DNA of 64,000 nt from Chamaesiphon sp. (GTDB lineage: Bacteria; Cyanobacteriota; Cyanobacteriia; Cyanobacteriales; Chamaesiphonaceae). Both the position numbers and the translations under genes were made by a program. The stretch lies in the NCBI GenBank assembly GCA_965246715.1, contig CBDFFH010000052.1, forward strand, positions 83,137 to 147,136, in the 5' to 3' direction. Shown one piece after another: positions 32,063 through 42,676 of the stretch. How positions within the stretch are numbered: position 1 is the stretch's first letter; every line of letters begins with the position of its first letter. Below the pieces are notes generated by a model that searched no databases, was not told the origin of the DNA, and saw only the letters and a list, made by a program, of their open reading frames with translations.

Positions 32063-33319
32063 TTAGCAACTAAGTTTGCCCTGGATTTCTCGACCCAGCC
32101 AGGAAGTATTGTGGGAGAGAGATTTAAGCGTATCGATCGAGACTTGCCAAGATTGTTGCGGATCGAACAGGATCGACTCGGTGGGTAGAGATTGGTGCAG
32201 ACACTCGGCAGGTTTGCTGCTGAGCGCTCGCCAAAGTTCGATCGCGGTTAATTTGCCAGGAACTACGAGCTGTTGCCACAGCAGCGGTAGGGCTAATTCT
32301 AAGCCGATCGCACCAGGAGGTGCCTCACCAAAGGCGACGGTTTTTTCCTCATAGGTGTAAGGGCGATGATCGATCGCGATCGCATCTAATACCCCAGTTT
32401 TTATCCCCTCAATCAGCGCTATTTGGTCTGTGGGGGTGCCCAGAGGGGGATCGAGCTTTAAGTTGGGGTTATAGTTGGCTAAATCGATTGTATTAGCAAG
32501 CAGGTGCAGCCAGGTAGTACTCGCAGTGACGGGCACGCCGCGTTGTTTGGCGGCAGCGATTAATTCTACGCCTCGGCGGGTAGAGATGCGCATCAGGTGA
32601 ACGGGAGTCCCGATTTCACCAATGATTTCGAGGGTAGCAGCTAGCGCGGCAGTCTCGCTCCCGACCGGATCGATGGGTAACCCATACCTGAGCGCGGCTA
32701 CGCCGGATCTGGCAATGCCATTACCGCGTAATTCTCGATCGCAAGCATACAAAGCAATCGGTCGATTGTAGGATGTGAGGTACTCTAGGAGATTGCGAAC
32801 CAGCAGGGGATTGGCGATCGCGCGACCGTCGGCCCAGCCAGTAATATTAGTTGTGGCGATTTCTGCCAACTCAGTCATGGCTTTGCCAGCGACTTCCACC
32901 GTCAGTGCGCCCCAGTAGCCGAGTTTGGGTGCATTAGGCATCAGGTCTGCTACTTGTCGATAGTGGCGATCGAGACTGATAATACCACTCACTCGATCGA
33001 GTGCAGGTAAAGTATCCGGCAAAATGTTAACTCTTACAAAGCCACCCGCTCTAGCGCTCGCCAATAAAGATTCGATCGTCTCGCGCTCTTCGTGTCCTGG
33101 CGTACCACTATGACTGTATATGTCTACCAATCCCGGCGCAAAAATCAAATGTTGTCCGGGGATAATCTCTAGTTCGTCGGGTAACTGAGTAGTGTCCCCA
33201 ACTTCCTCAATTACTCGATCCGTCAGAACAGCGGAGCTATCCTTAAAGAATATATCTCCCACTCTGTCGATTTGCGCGATCGGGTCTAAGATTCTTACCT
33301 GTTGAAATAATTTCGACAT
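32063..33319 (-). CDS. pyrC: Dihydroorotase-like protein (cyanobacterial type)
   Basis: PGLVDIYSHSG, HLMRIST, AIDH.P, FGEAPPGAIGLE. Confidence 0.8.
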   Translation of the reverse strand: MSKLFQQVRILDPIAQIDRVGDIFFKDSSAVLTDRVIEEVGDTTQLPDELEIIPGQHLIFAPGLVDIYSHSGTPGHEERETIESLLASARAGGFVRVNILPDTLPALDRVSGIISLDRHYRQVADLMPNAPKLGYWGALTVEVAGKAMTELAEIATTNITGWADGRAIANPLLVRNLLEYLTSYNRPIALYACDRELRGNGIARSGVAALRYGLPIDPVGSETAALAATLEIIGEIGTPVHLMRISTRRGVELIAAAKQRGVPVTASTTWLHLLANTIDLANYNPNLKLDPPLGTPTDQIALIEGIKTGVLDAIAIDHRPYTYEEKTVAFGEAPPGAIGLELALPLLWQQLVVPGKLTAIELWRALSSKPAECLHQSLPTESILFDPQQSWQVSIDTLKSLSHNTSWLGREIQGKLSC

Positions 33320-33551
33320 TCAGCTTGGTGATTTTGGATTTTAGATGCGCTCGTTGGCGCAGCCTCGCCGCTGGCGATACGGAACGAGAATCGTTAATTG
33401 AGGAGTTGTCGGAATAAGTTAAGGCAAGTGGCGATACTAATAAATAATCTTGCTGCAAAATATCATCTCATCACAAGCAGTACAGAGATCGCAGAGTATC
33501 CTTTGTTCTTAGACCCACAAAATCGTAGCTAAAATTGGCAACATCGGGTGT

Positions 33552-34535
33552 TTATTTTCCCCATTTAAAGATCGCTGCACCCCAACTCAAACCCGCCCCA
33601 AAACCGGAAGTGGCGATCGTATCACCCACTCGAATCTTACCAGCTCTTACTGCTTCATTTAACGCGATCGGAATTGAAGCCGCCGAAGTATTACCATATT
33701 TTGCCACGTTACTAATTACCTTCTCCGGTGCGATATTCAATCGCTCGGCGACAGCATCCATGATCCGTTGATTGGCTTGATGCAGGATCAACCAATCGAT
33801 ATCGGCACTAGTGAGATTAGCCTTGTAAATTACCTTGTCGATCGCATCGGGGACGCGATCGATCGCAAAGCGATAGACTTCGCGGCCGTTCATTGTTACG
33901 TATTGATATTTTCCCTGGGTGAGCGTTACCCCAGGAATTAATTCCCGCAATTCTGATTTAAAAGCCAGATTCAAACAAGCATTCCGCGTGCCATCGCTCT
34001 TGATTTCAAAACCCAAGAGGCGATCTTCCGGTGCCGCCTGCATCAATACCGCACCCGCACCATCACCAAACAAGACACAAGTATTGCGATCGTTCCAATC
34101 CACCCACCGTGATAATAAATCCGCACCAATTACTAACACATTTTGAAAAGCACCCGTGCGCAGGTATTGCGCCGCCGTCACTACCCCAAACACAAAGCCC
34201 GAGCAAGCCGCTGTCAGATCGAAAGCGACTGCATTTGTCGCACCCAACTGCGCCTGAATCTGAGCAGCGGTACCAAATAAATCTTCCGATGAGGAAGTAG
34301 CCAACAAGATCAGATCGATGTCGGTTGCGGCTACTCCGGCCATCTCTAGCGCCTGTAGCGCCGCTTGAGTCGCAAAATCAGCTAGGCACTCGCCATCGTT
34401 ACTAATATGCCGCTGCCGGATCCCCGTGCGGCTAGAAATCCACTCATCGGAGGTATCTACTACCTGCGATAGCTCGTCGTTTGACACGATAGTCTTGGGT
34501 GCCGCCGCCCCACATCCAGTAAAAGTGACACCCAT
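33552..34535 (-). CDS. fabH: 3-oxoacyl-ACP synthase III
   Basis: AACSGF, HQAN, GNTSAAS, GFGAGL. Confidence 0.97.
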   Translation of the reverse strand: MGVTFTGCGAAAPKTIVSNDELSQVVDTSDEWISSRTGIRQRHISNDGECLADFATQAALQALEMAGVAATDIDLILLATSSSEDLFGTAAQIQAQLGATNAVAFDLTAACSGFVFGVVTAAQYLRTGAFQNVLVIGADLLSRWVDWNDRNTCVLFGDGAGAVLMQAAPEDRLLGFEIKSDGTRNACLNLAFKSELRELIPGVTLTQGKYQYVTMNGREVYRFAIDRVPDAIDKVIYKANLTSADIDWLILHQANQRIMDAVAERLNIAPEKVISNVAKYGNTSAASIPIALNEAVRAGKIRVGDTIATSGFGAGLSWGAAIFKWGK

Positions 34536-34538
34536 AGG

Positions 34539-34570
34539 AATTATGAATTATGAATTATGAGTTATGAATT
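34539..34570. repeat. Short tandem heptamer repeat (AATTATG-type, STRR-like)
   Basis: gaattatgaattatgaattatgagttatgaatt; a similar tract lies at ~62145-62171. Confidence 0.7.
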
Positions 34571-34744
34571 CCAAACAGCGTTTTGAAATAGAGCGATCCA
34601 AGTAGTTGTAGCATATTTATCGCCTCAAATCTCGATCGTGGGCATTGCCCATCTCCAATCTCGCTAACAAATTTTCCTACTATTGTTGCGCGATCTTGTC
34701 TTGCTGCTATCATCTGAGAATAAAGGCGTGCGCGCATTGCGAAC

Positions 34745-35794
34745 TCACGATTCGCCAGCACCGATCGGTTCTTGCTCCAAGACTTTAATGCGAGTAGCGG
34801 CTTGGATTTGCTCGATCGCGTTTTGGTCTACTGCACGCTTGGCAGAACGAATCGCATTCGCAATCGAATTTGCATCCGAGCTACCATGACTGATAATACA
34901 GACTCCTTCTACTCCTAATAGTAAACCACCACCATGCTCGGCTGCATCGATTCGCCGTTTGAGCCGTTGGAGATTGGGCTTGAGGATTGCCGTACCCAAT
35001 TTGCCGTTCAAGCCGCGCGGTAGCTCTTCTTTGAGCATTTGCACGACGATATCACCTACCGCTTCAGCAAATTTAAGCAAGATATTCCCGACAAAGCCAT
35101 CGCAAACAATGACATCAAAGTTACCAGAGAGGACATCGCGACCTTCGGCATTACCGACAAAGTTGATGCTCTTATTCTGCACTAAACTCTCGTGTGCCTC
35201 GATCGCGACTTTATTGCCTTTGGATTCTTCTTCGCCGATATTGAGCAATCCAACTCTGGGTGATTCTACGCCCATCACACATTGACTGTAAATCGCGCCC
35301 ATCGTGGCAAATTGTTCGAGATATTGGGGCCGACAATCGACATTTGCACCGACATCTAAAATCAAGACGGATTTGTCAGCGCGATTGGTCGGAAATACTG
35401 CGGCAATTGCCGGTCGATCGATCCCTTTCAATCGTCCCAATCGGAGTAATGCTGCGGCCATTGCCGCACCCGAATGACCCGCCGACACAACTGCGTCTGC
35501 TTTACCATCTTTGACGAGTTGCATCGATACGTTAATCGAAGCCTTCGGCTTGCGCCGCAGGGCACCTAGTGGCTCTTCATGCATTTCGATCGTCCCTTCG
35601 GCTGGCACGATCTCTAATTTGGGTGCATTGGGATGTTGGTTCAGACAAGCCTGAATTTGTTCGGGGTCGCCGACCAAGATGACATCTACGTCTGTTAATT
35701 CTGTTTGGGCCTGGATCGCACCCGCGACTATGGCGGCGGGTGCATCATCCCCACCCATTGCGTCAAGTGCGATGCGCGCGCGAGTTGAAGCCAT
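34745..35794 (-). CDS. plsX: Phosphate acyltransferase PlsX
   Basis: IALDAMGGD, SAGHSGA, LLNIGEE..KG, VCDGFVGN. Confidence 0.97.
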   Translation of the reverse strand: MASTRARIALDAMGGDDAPAAIVAGAIQAQTELTDVDVILVGDPEQIQACLNQHPNAPKLEIVPAEGTIEMHEEPLGALRRKPKASINVSMQLVKDGKADAVVSAGHSGAAMAAALLRLGRLKGIDRPAIAAVFPTNRADKSVLILDVGANVDCRPQYLEQFATMGAIYSQCVMGVESPRVGLLNIGEEESKGNKVAIEAHESLVQNKSINFVGNAEGRDVLSGNFDVIVCDGFVGNILLKFAEAVGDIVVQMLKEELPRGLNGKLGTAILKPNLQRLKRRIDAAEHGGGLLLGVEGVCIISHGSSDANSIANAIRSAKRAVDQNAIEQIQAATRIKVLEQEPIGAGES

Positions 35795-36191
35795 TGATGC
35801 CACTAAGTATAAACCATCAGAATTCTACCAGAATATGGGTGTTTGTCACTGTAATGGATTAAGCGATCGGGCACTTATTTATAGATGTTACTGAATTTAG
35901 CGCGGTAATTAGTGCTGTTGCTGCTGAAGATAAGATGCAATCTCGGTTATTTAATAACCACTGAGCTATCGTCGCGCTCAATAGTGTAAAGTTTCACTCG
36001 ATCGCTATGGCTGGCGGCGATCGAGCGAGTCATCCATTGCGCTAGCGCATTATTTATCAAACGCGCCAGCTAGATCCTCGCTCTAATGGTAGTGTGATAC
36101 CGATCGGGATGCAAGATCGGCTATAGTCATACCTCTGTGCCCATTGTCTGTGTTCCGATCTAACTGCTGGGTTTGAGGAGACTGGCGATCG

Positions 36192-36332
36192 TTATTTAAT
36201 TATTTGAGACTCAAGCGATCGAATAAATTCTCGCAGAATATCTGTTTTCGTTCTTGCTGTTTGTTCTGCAAAAGCTTCTAAGATTTTTAGCTCTTGAGTG
36301 GGAACCTTGATGTTAAGTTGCTTTAAGGACAT
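36192..36332 (-). CDS. Small CopG/ribbon-helix-helix protein
   Basis: LNIKV...ELKILE...RTKTDILREFIRSL. Confidence 0.6.
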   Translation of the reverse strand: MSLKQLNIKVPTQELKILEAFAEQTARTKTDILREFIRSLESQIIK

Positions 36333-36975
36333 GATTAGAATATGAAGTAGTATTTTAGAGATGTCGATCGACAACTAACAAGGAATATTCACGAGTAGAT
36401 TGAAGCGATCGGTTAACGAGCAAATGAATCGAGATGACCCCAAGCGAACCGATTTGGAAAACAGTTAAAGTAGAGCAGCGATCGACTTTTTTGGATTAGT
36501 CATTAGAGCGAGCGAGCCTTCAACCAGCGCTTGTTTCAGTTTTAACCTATACGAATACTCATGCTTATCGTTCGATCGACCGAATTCGATCGGCCATTTT
36601 GCTGCATCGACTAGCTAGCCTCTTGGAAAAAATTCAGGGCAAACGATCGTACCGATGGTCATAACAAAGCTATCGATCGTCCGCAGACGCAAAAATCTTT
36701 TGGGGTATAAGATAAGTAATGGGATGTATGAAAATTAAGTCATACTGATACAGTTACCGATCGCATTCCGTTAGTTGAGAAGGTTATCAAATAATTAACA
36801 TAAAAGCTCAACCCAATCGAGATCGTCAAGAGGTCATCATTATTTCCTGACTACCAGACAAATCTCTCAAAAGATGAGTTATGAAGAGGGTTAGTAGGTA
36901 AGTTTATCCGAGCTACTTTTTTACAAATGAGGTTCGAGAGCGACTAAAATTAGACATTAGACATTAGACAGATCC

Positions 36976-37078
36976 TAATACTTCTCGGTTAAGAACTGCT
37001 AGCGACTGAAGTCGCCGCTAGTGAAGCCTAGTCCGCGTAGGCGGACTAACTAGTTTTTAGATTAACCGAGAAGTATTA
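36976..37078. mobile_element. 103-bp MITE with 17-bp TIRs and a 10-bp TSD
   Basis: TAATACTTCTCGGTTAA / TTAACCGAGAAGTATTA; AGACAGATCC at 36966-36975 and 37079-37088; internal hairpin AGTCCGCGTAGGCGGACT. Confidence 0.85.
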
Positions 37079-37215
37079 AGACAGATCCCCCCATGAGGAA
37101 CCAAGGATATCTCCTCAGTTCTGGATTTTAAGCCAGAACTGGCATATATTCTCCTCGTGCCAGCTCTTTTGCACGAGATGTTGCAGCCTTTTTCTGCTTA
37201 CAAAAATACTTATAA

Positions 37216-37298
37216 TGGGGGTGGCGAGACTCGAACTCGCACGTCCTAAAGGACAACAGATTTTAAGTCTGTCGCGTCTACCATTCCGCCACACCCCC
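37216..37298 (-). tRNA. trnL: tRNA-Leu(UAA), intronless
   Basis: Cloverleaf; anticodon arm ACAGA-CTTAAAA-TCTGT; long variable arm; GTTCGA T-loop. Confidence 0.95.
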
Positions 37299-37672
37299 AG
37301 GTGCGCTCGCTTGCCAAAGCTTGGTTATCGCAAATGTTCCACGAATAAAGATAATAACACTAAATTTTACCTAAAGCAAGAGCTAGCTGAGGAGTCTGGG
37401 TGATTTGCAGCTCGTTACCAATATTTAACAACGGTTAGTTAATAAAATAGCTTGCGTTACCTGAATTTGAGCGATTTTGTCCGCACCCGATCGAGTTATG
37501 TAGATAAATTAACAATTACAGGCGATGGATCGATCTAGAGAATTCATCGTTAAAATGAGATCTCATCATCAACTTCAGCTTCAGTTTAGTTGTTACTGAA
37601 TCTATCAACCAACCTTGCCTAGGTCTTTAAAAAGTTTTTGATGTCATCTACTCCATCTAGAGAGGTATCGTT

Positions 37673-39961
37673 ATGCCCGATCGTGTCGAGCTTGAAGGAA
37701 GAGTTTTTGTTCCCGCTAGTGAGTTAGATCTGCCTGAATGGGGTTGTGTGGTTAGCGATCGCAACCAGCCAACCCTAACCCTCAAAGATGACGATCTGTT
37801 CCTGATTACCGACACTCTGGGCAATATTTCTGGCTGTTCGCGGGATGAAACGATCGCTAGCATGGGACTATTTTGTCGCGATACGCGGTTTTTGAGCAGG
37901 TTAGAATTACAAATTGCTGGATGCTCGCCAATTTTGCTCACTTGCAATGCCGATAAGGGATTTGCCCTGTCCGCACTCTGTACCAATCCGACGATTCCCA
38001 ATATCAATGCCGAAACGATTAGCATCCAACGCGAAATTGTCTTAAATGGCGGCTTATTTGAAGAACTCACCATTCACAACTACAATACTACAGCAGTTAG
38101 TTTTGAATTAAGCCTGAGCTTTGATGCCGATTTTTCAGACTTATTCGAGATTCGTGGCTTCCATCGCAAACAACGGGGAGGATTGTTGCGGCGCGTCCCA
38201 GCTAGCGATCTCCATCCCACTACCCAGACTCCGGCATCTGTCGAGGAATTAACGCTAGCTTATCAGGGTTTGGATGGGGCGATTTTAGAGTCACACATCC
38301 AGTTTTTGCATCTGCGACCCAAATATCTCAAAGGCTATACTGCCATTTGGCAGATCCAGCTCGAATCCCATGCGAGTTGTCAGCTCGGCTATCGCTTGCA
38401 GATGTTGATGAACAATCGCTCTGTCTCTGGCGTTCAGATTCCCGCTGCACTCCTCCAAGCTAAAGCCGCCGAACTGATGGAGGAAGACCACTGGCGCTCG
38501 CAGATCACCCAGATTCGCACCGATAATCGCGAAATCAATCTCGCGATCGCACGGGCGGAACGAGACATCTATTTGTTGCGCCAAACTTTCGATCGGGTGA
38601 GTACCAGCCCAAACAATCCCGCAATGAAAGGAATGGTGTTATCGGCTGGCGTACCCTGGTTCTGTACGCTATTCGGTCGGGATGCAATTATTGCCGCCAG
38701 TCAGATCTTAATTCTCGATCCCAAAATCGCCCGCGAAACATTGATGGTATTGGCTCAATACCAAGGGAAAGTAGACGATGAGTGGCGCGAAGAGCAGCCA
38801 GGGAAGATCCTGCACGAGTTGCGGATGGGAGAAATGGCTCGATGTCAGGAGATTCCCCACACGCCCTACTATGGGACGGTGGATGCAACGCCGCTGTGGC
38901 TGATGTTATACGCTGAATACTACGCCTGGACTCACGATACCGAACTACTCGATCGGTTGTGGGAAAATGCCCTCGCAGCGATGGCGTGGATCGATCGGAT
39001 GTGTGCGGAAACTGGTTATTTAAGCTATTTTCGGACATCAGCGCGGGGTCTGGTAAATCAAGGCTGGAAAGACTCTGGCGACTGTATCGTCGATCGGCAT
39101 GGTAAGATCGCCACTGGTCCGATTGCCCTCTGCGAGGTGCAAGCTTACGTCTATGCCGCCAAAATTCGGATGAGCGAACTGGCGCGGATTCGGCAAGAAA
39201 ACGACCTCGCCACCCGCTGGCTTCATGAGGCTCAAGCGCTCAAACAACGCTTCAACCACGACTTCTGGATTCCCGATCGCGAGTTTATCGCCATGGCACT
39301 CGATGGGGCAGGCAAACAAGTCGATGAGATCGGTTCTAATCCGGGGCAATGTCTCTCAATGGGGCTGCTGTATCCGGAAAAAGCCAAAAGCGTCGCCGAA
39401 CGTCTCCGAGCGCCAGATATGTTCAGCGGTTGGGGCATTCGGACGTTGAGCAGTCAGTCGCCAGCCTACAATCCGATCGGCTATCATACCGGATCGGTCT
39501 GGCCGCATGATAATAGTCTAATTGTGATGGGCTTGCGGTCGATCGGCGCAGTCGAGCAAGCGTTAGAAGTCGCTCAAAGCATTTTGGATATGACGGTTCA
39601 TCAGCCCTATCATCGTCCACCCGAACTTTTTTGCGGTTACGAACGGATTGAGGGGAACTGTCCGATTCAGTACCCGATCGCTTGTTCGCCACAAGCATGG
39701 GCGACTGGCACCGTGTTTCAACTGCTGCAAACGATCGTCAATCTCGTCCCCGATGCCCCGAGTAACTGCGTCCGGATTCTCGATCCAGCTTTACCCCCGA
39801 GCATCCGGCAAATCTCTTTCAAAAATCTGCGGATCGGTACTACCTCGCTCGACTTGGAATTTACTCGCGAGCAAGACGCAGAAGGCGAAGGGATGCGCGT
39901 GACAACTTCCTGTCGGGTCGTGAAAAAACGCGGAAATCTCCGGGTGACGATCGAAGCTTAG
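37673..39961 (+). CDS. Amylo-alpha-1,6-glucosidase / glycogen debranching enzyme
   Basis: AGVPWF.TLFGRD, QGWKDSGD, YHTGSVWPHDN, PQAW. Confidence 0.9.
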   Translation: MPDRVELEGRVFVPASELDLPEWGCVVSDRNQPTLTLKDDDLFLITDTLGNISGCSRDETIASMGLFCRDTRFLSRLELQIAGCSPILLTCNADKGFALSALCTNPTIPNINAETISIQREIVLNGGLFEELTIHNYNTTAVSFELSLSFDADFSDLFEIRGFHRKQRGGLLRRVPASDLHPTTQTPASVEELTLAYQGLDGAILESHIQFLHLRPKYLKGYTAIWQIQLESHASCQLGYRLQMLMNNRSVSGVQIPAALLQAKAAELMEEDHWRSQITQIRTDNREINLAIARAERDIYLLRQTFDRVSTSPNNPAMKGMVLSAGVPWFCTLFGRDAIIAASQILILDPKIARETLMVLAQYQGKVDDEWREEQPGKILHELRMGEMARCQEIPHTPYYGTVDATPLWLMLYAEYYAWTHDTELLDRLWENALAAMAWIDRMCAETGYLSYFRTSARGLVNQGWKDSGDCIVDRHGKIATGPIALCEVQAYVYAAKIRMSELARIRQENDLATRWLHEAQALKQRFNHDFWIPDREFIAMALDGAGKQVDEIGSNPGQCLSMGLLYPEKAKSVAERLRAPDMFSGWGIRTLSSQSPAYNPIGYHTGSVWPHDNSLIVMGLRSIGAVEQALEVAQSILDMTVHQPYHRPPELFCGYERIEGNCPIQYPIACSPQAWATGTVFQLLQTIVNLVPDAPSNCVRILDPALPPSIRQISFKNLRIGTTSLDLEFTREQDAEGEGMRVTTSCRVVKKRGNLRVTIEA

Positions 39962-39984
39962 TTCACCCAATTAGCCGTTGTTGT

Positions 39985-40028
39985 GAGTGTCGATCGATTG
40001 AACATCAGGGTTGAGTCGATCGACACTC
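39985..40028. terminator. Hairpin GAGTGTCGATCGA...TCGATCGACACTC
   Basis: 13-bp inverted repeat just downstream of the debranching enzyme gene. Confidence 0.5.
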
Positions 40029-40510
40029 GAGCTTTCTCGCTGCCCTCATCTAAAAGTTACACCAACTCAGATCTGACTGAGAACAGCGGCGCATTTACCC
40101 AGGGAAATTATCGCTTTCCAAACTACTTCACTAAATATTCTCGGATAGAGAGAGATTAAAGCTAACTTGTGGGTACGTTAGAAATAACGAGAACGAGATT
40201 GATTCAGAGATAGAGCGCACCATCGTTTTGATGGGTGCTTACTTGTCGCTGTATTGCTTTGCTTGGAAAGTTTCGGCGATCGCCGAAGCAAATGTATTAT
40301 GTACCTATAAGAGTAGGAGCGCGCAGTGCCGATAAAAGCGGTAGAATTATAGACAAATAGCTAGATCCTTTGCTTGCACTTCAACTCAAGCCAAAGTATC
40401 GATCGACCCCCCGGTCGAGTTCGAGATAGAAGCGCGATTCTCAATGTTTGAGAAGTTATGCCAACGATAAAGACTACACGATCGGAAAAGTGTTCCACTG
40501 GTGAGGCTCA

Positions 40511-42139
40511 ATGAGCTACTGCGTAAATCCTGACTGTCCCCAACCCAAAAATCCTGTTGATGCCTTCCTGTGCCAAGCGTGTGGCGCGCGGTTACTCGTA
40601 CGCAATCGCTATCGAGTAACCAAATCATTAGGTCAAGGGGGCTTTGGAGCAACCTTTGTCGCGATCGATGTTTCCCTCCCTGGGGAACCCATCTGTGTGA
40701 TCAAACAACTCCGACCGAGTAACAATCATGAAAAGTTCCTGCGGATGGCGCGGGAACTGTTCGAGCGCGAAGCGAGAACGCTCGGTAAAATTGGCAACCA
40801 TCCTCAAATTCCGCGTTTGTTAGATTTCTTTGAAGAGCGCCGCAATTTTTATCTAGTCCAAGAATATGTTAGCGGCCACACCATCCATCAAGAAGTCAAA
40901 CAGATGGGGCTGTTTAAGGAAGAAAAAATTCGAGCCTTCTTGATCGAAATTCTCCCTGTGATTACCTATATTCACTCACAGCAAGTAATTCACCGCGATA
41001 TCAAGCCCGCCAACATTCTGCGGCGCGATCAAGATGGCAAACTTGTCTTGATCGACTTTGGTGCCGTTAAAAATCATGTCGCCCAAATTGAATCCCCAGA
41101 AGGTGGCGAACAAGCGCACAACACCCAATTTGCTGTTGGGACATCCGGCTATGCGCCGCCCGAACAGTTGGCAATGCGCCCAATTTTCGCCAGCGATATT
41201 TATGCACTCGGTGTCACTTGTATCTATCTGATGACGGGTAAATCGCCTAAAGATATCGAATACAACCCTTCAACTGGCGAAATGATGTGGCAAAAACACG
41301 TCCAGTTGGGTAAACACATGACCCAAGTTTTGGGGAAAATGTTGGAAGTATCAGTTCGCTATCGCTATCAATCTGTAGAAGAAGTCCAACGGGCACTCGA
41401 AAGCGGCGCTGTCGTCGAAACTCGTGCGGCTGGTGCGGGATTACAACAAAACCGTCCGGGGATGAGTCCGAGCAATCCCCAGCGTGGTTTGGCTCCGAAC
41501 TCACCACCTGGACTGCCGAGCAATCCCAACACCCCTACCCCTCAAGCCACTACTCCGTCGCGGAAGATTGCCGATACGATTAAGCAAAAACGCTTGGAAA
41601 GCGATCCCACTAACATTAAAAATGGCGGATCTCAGACTGGGTTTGGTGGCCCTCAAACTGGATTTGGTGGAACGCCAGCAATGCAGCAGCCTAAACGCGA
41701 GCAATTAAAACTCGATGCTCAAGGAGTCCTCGCCGCATTTCGACGCGGGCAGAGGACATTTAGCGAGATGGATATCAACAGTCTCGACCTCGCCAAAGCT
41801 CATCTTCCGGGGATTGCGTTGAGCAGTGCTAATTGTGCATACATCAATTTCCAAGGTGCCAATCTCTCTGGCGGCAAGTTTGATAAAGCTGACTTGAGTG
41901 GAGCCGTACTTAAGGATGCTGTCTTGAGCAAAGGGTATTTTAGCTATGCCAATCTTCAAAATGCCGATCTGCGAGGTGCCGATCTCAGTGACGCTTACCT
42001 CAACTATGCCAATCTGCACGGTGCGAATCTGTGCGGGGCAAATTTGAAAGGTGTCAAAGTTACTGAAGACCAGTTAAATCAGGCTAAAACCAATTTTATG
42101 ACTGTCTTTCCTAATGGCAAGCGCGGGGGATTCTGGTAA
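40511..42139 (+). CDS. spkB: Ser/Thr protein kinase with C-terminal pentapeptide repeats (SpkB-like)
   Basis: N-terminal Cys-rich ribbon, GQGGFG, HRDIKPAN, DFG; A(D/N)LxG repeats. Confidence 0.8.
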   Translation: MSYCVNPDCPQPKNPVDAFLCQACGARLLVRNRYRVTKSLGQGGFGATFVAIDVSLPGEPICVIKQLRPSNNHEKFLRMARELFEREARTLGKIGNHPQIPRLLDFFEERRNFYLVQEYVSGHTIHQEVKQMGLFKEEKIRAFLIEILPVITYIHSQQVIHRDIKPANILRRDQDGKLVLIDFGAVKNHVAQIESPEGGEQAHNTQFAVGTSGYAPPEQLAMRPIFASDIYALGVTCIYLMTGKSPKDIEYNPSTGEMMWQKHVQLGKHMTQVLGKMLEVSVRYRYQSVEEVQRALESGAVVETRAAGAGLQQNRPGMSPSNPQRGLAPNSPPGLPSNPNTPTPQATTPSRKIADTIKQKRLESDPTNIKNGGSQTGFGGPQTGFGGTPAMQQPKREQLKLDAQGVLAAFRRGQRTFSEMDINSLDLAKAHLPGIALSSANCAYINFQGANLSGGKFDKADLSGAVLKDAVLSKGYFSYANLQNADLRGADLSDAYLNYANLHGANLCGANLKGVKVTEDQLNQAKTNFMTVFPNGKRGGFW

Positions 42140-42159
42140 ACTCCGATCGATTGTGATAT

Positions 42160-42396
42160 CTAGAGGCGACCCTTTGATAGATAACTAATCGTCCCAGTTA
42201 AAATCGCCCCACCCATCAGTACGCTGATTGCAGGGAGAAATAACGGCTCCCACAGGCTCTGCCAAACTAGTAGTCCTAACGGAATATTGGTATACTTGCC
42301 AACGATCGCAATCAGAAACCAACCAAATGCCAGTACGACAAAGAAAAAATTAAATGTCAATAAATTGTTAATAAGAGTTACAATTTTGGCAGTCAT
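42160..42396 (-). CDS. Small membrane protein
   Basis: 78 aa with two hydrophobic helices. Confidence 0.7.
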   Translation of the reverse strand: MTAKIVTLINNLLTFNFFFVVLAFGWFLIAIVGKYTNIPLGLLVWQSLWEPLFLPAISVLMGGAILTGTISYLSKGRL

Positions 42397-42676
42397 AATA
42401 TTCTCTGGAGTAGTATTTGTTGGCTGAAATTGAGCTTTAGTAACTCAATTATAGTTTAAGCGATCGAGCCATCGATCGCTTTCATTTATTACTAAAGTCG
42501 GTCTAATTTTTAACCTAGTTACAGATCGATCGTCGCTTGACGGCACGCGATCGTGCTGCGAAAATCAGATCTTCATGGGGAATGTATCTCGGTATGGAAG
42601 AATACATGCCTTGCAATCAGGAAGTCAGAGTGCGATTCTTTACAGCGCCCCAAATTAGGAAATGATCGATCGCGGA

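Noticed and set aside
34539..34570. CRISPR array (also 36950-36970, 62145-62171, 62253-62287)
   Set aside because: These are 7-bp tandem repeats without unique spacers; no cas genes in the window.
37215..37403. 62-aa ORF (and the N-terminal extension of ORF 60280..61077)
   Set aside because: Shadow translations of the tRNA-Leu and tRNA-His genes.
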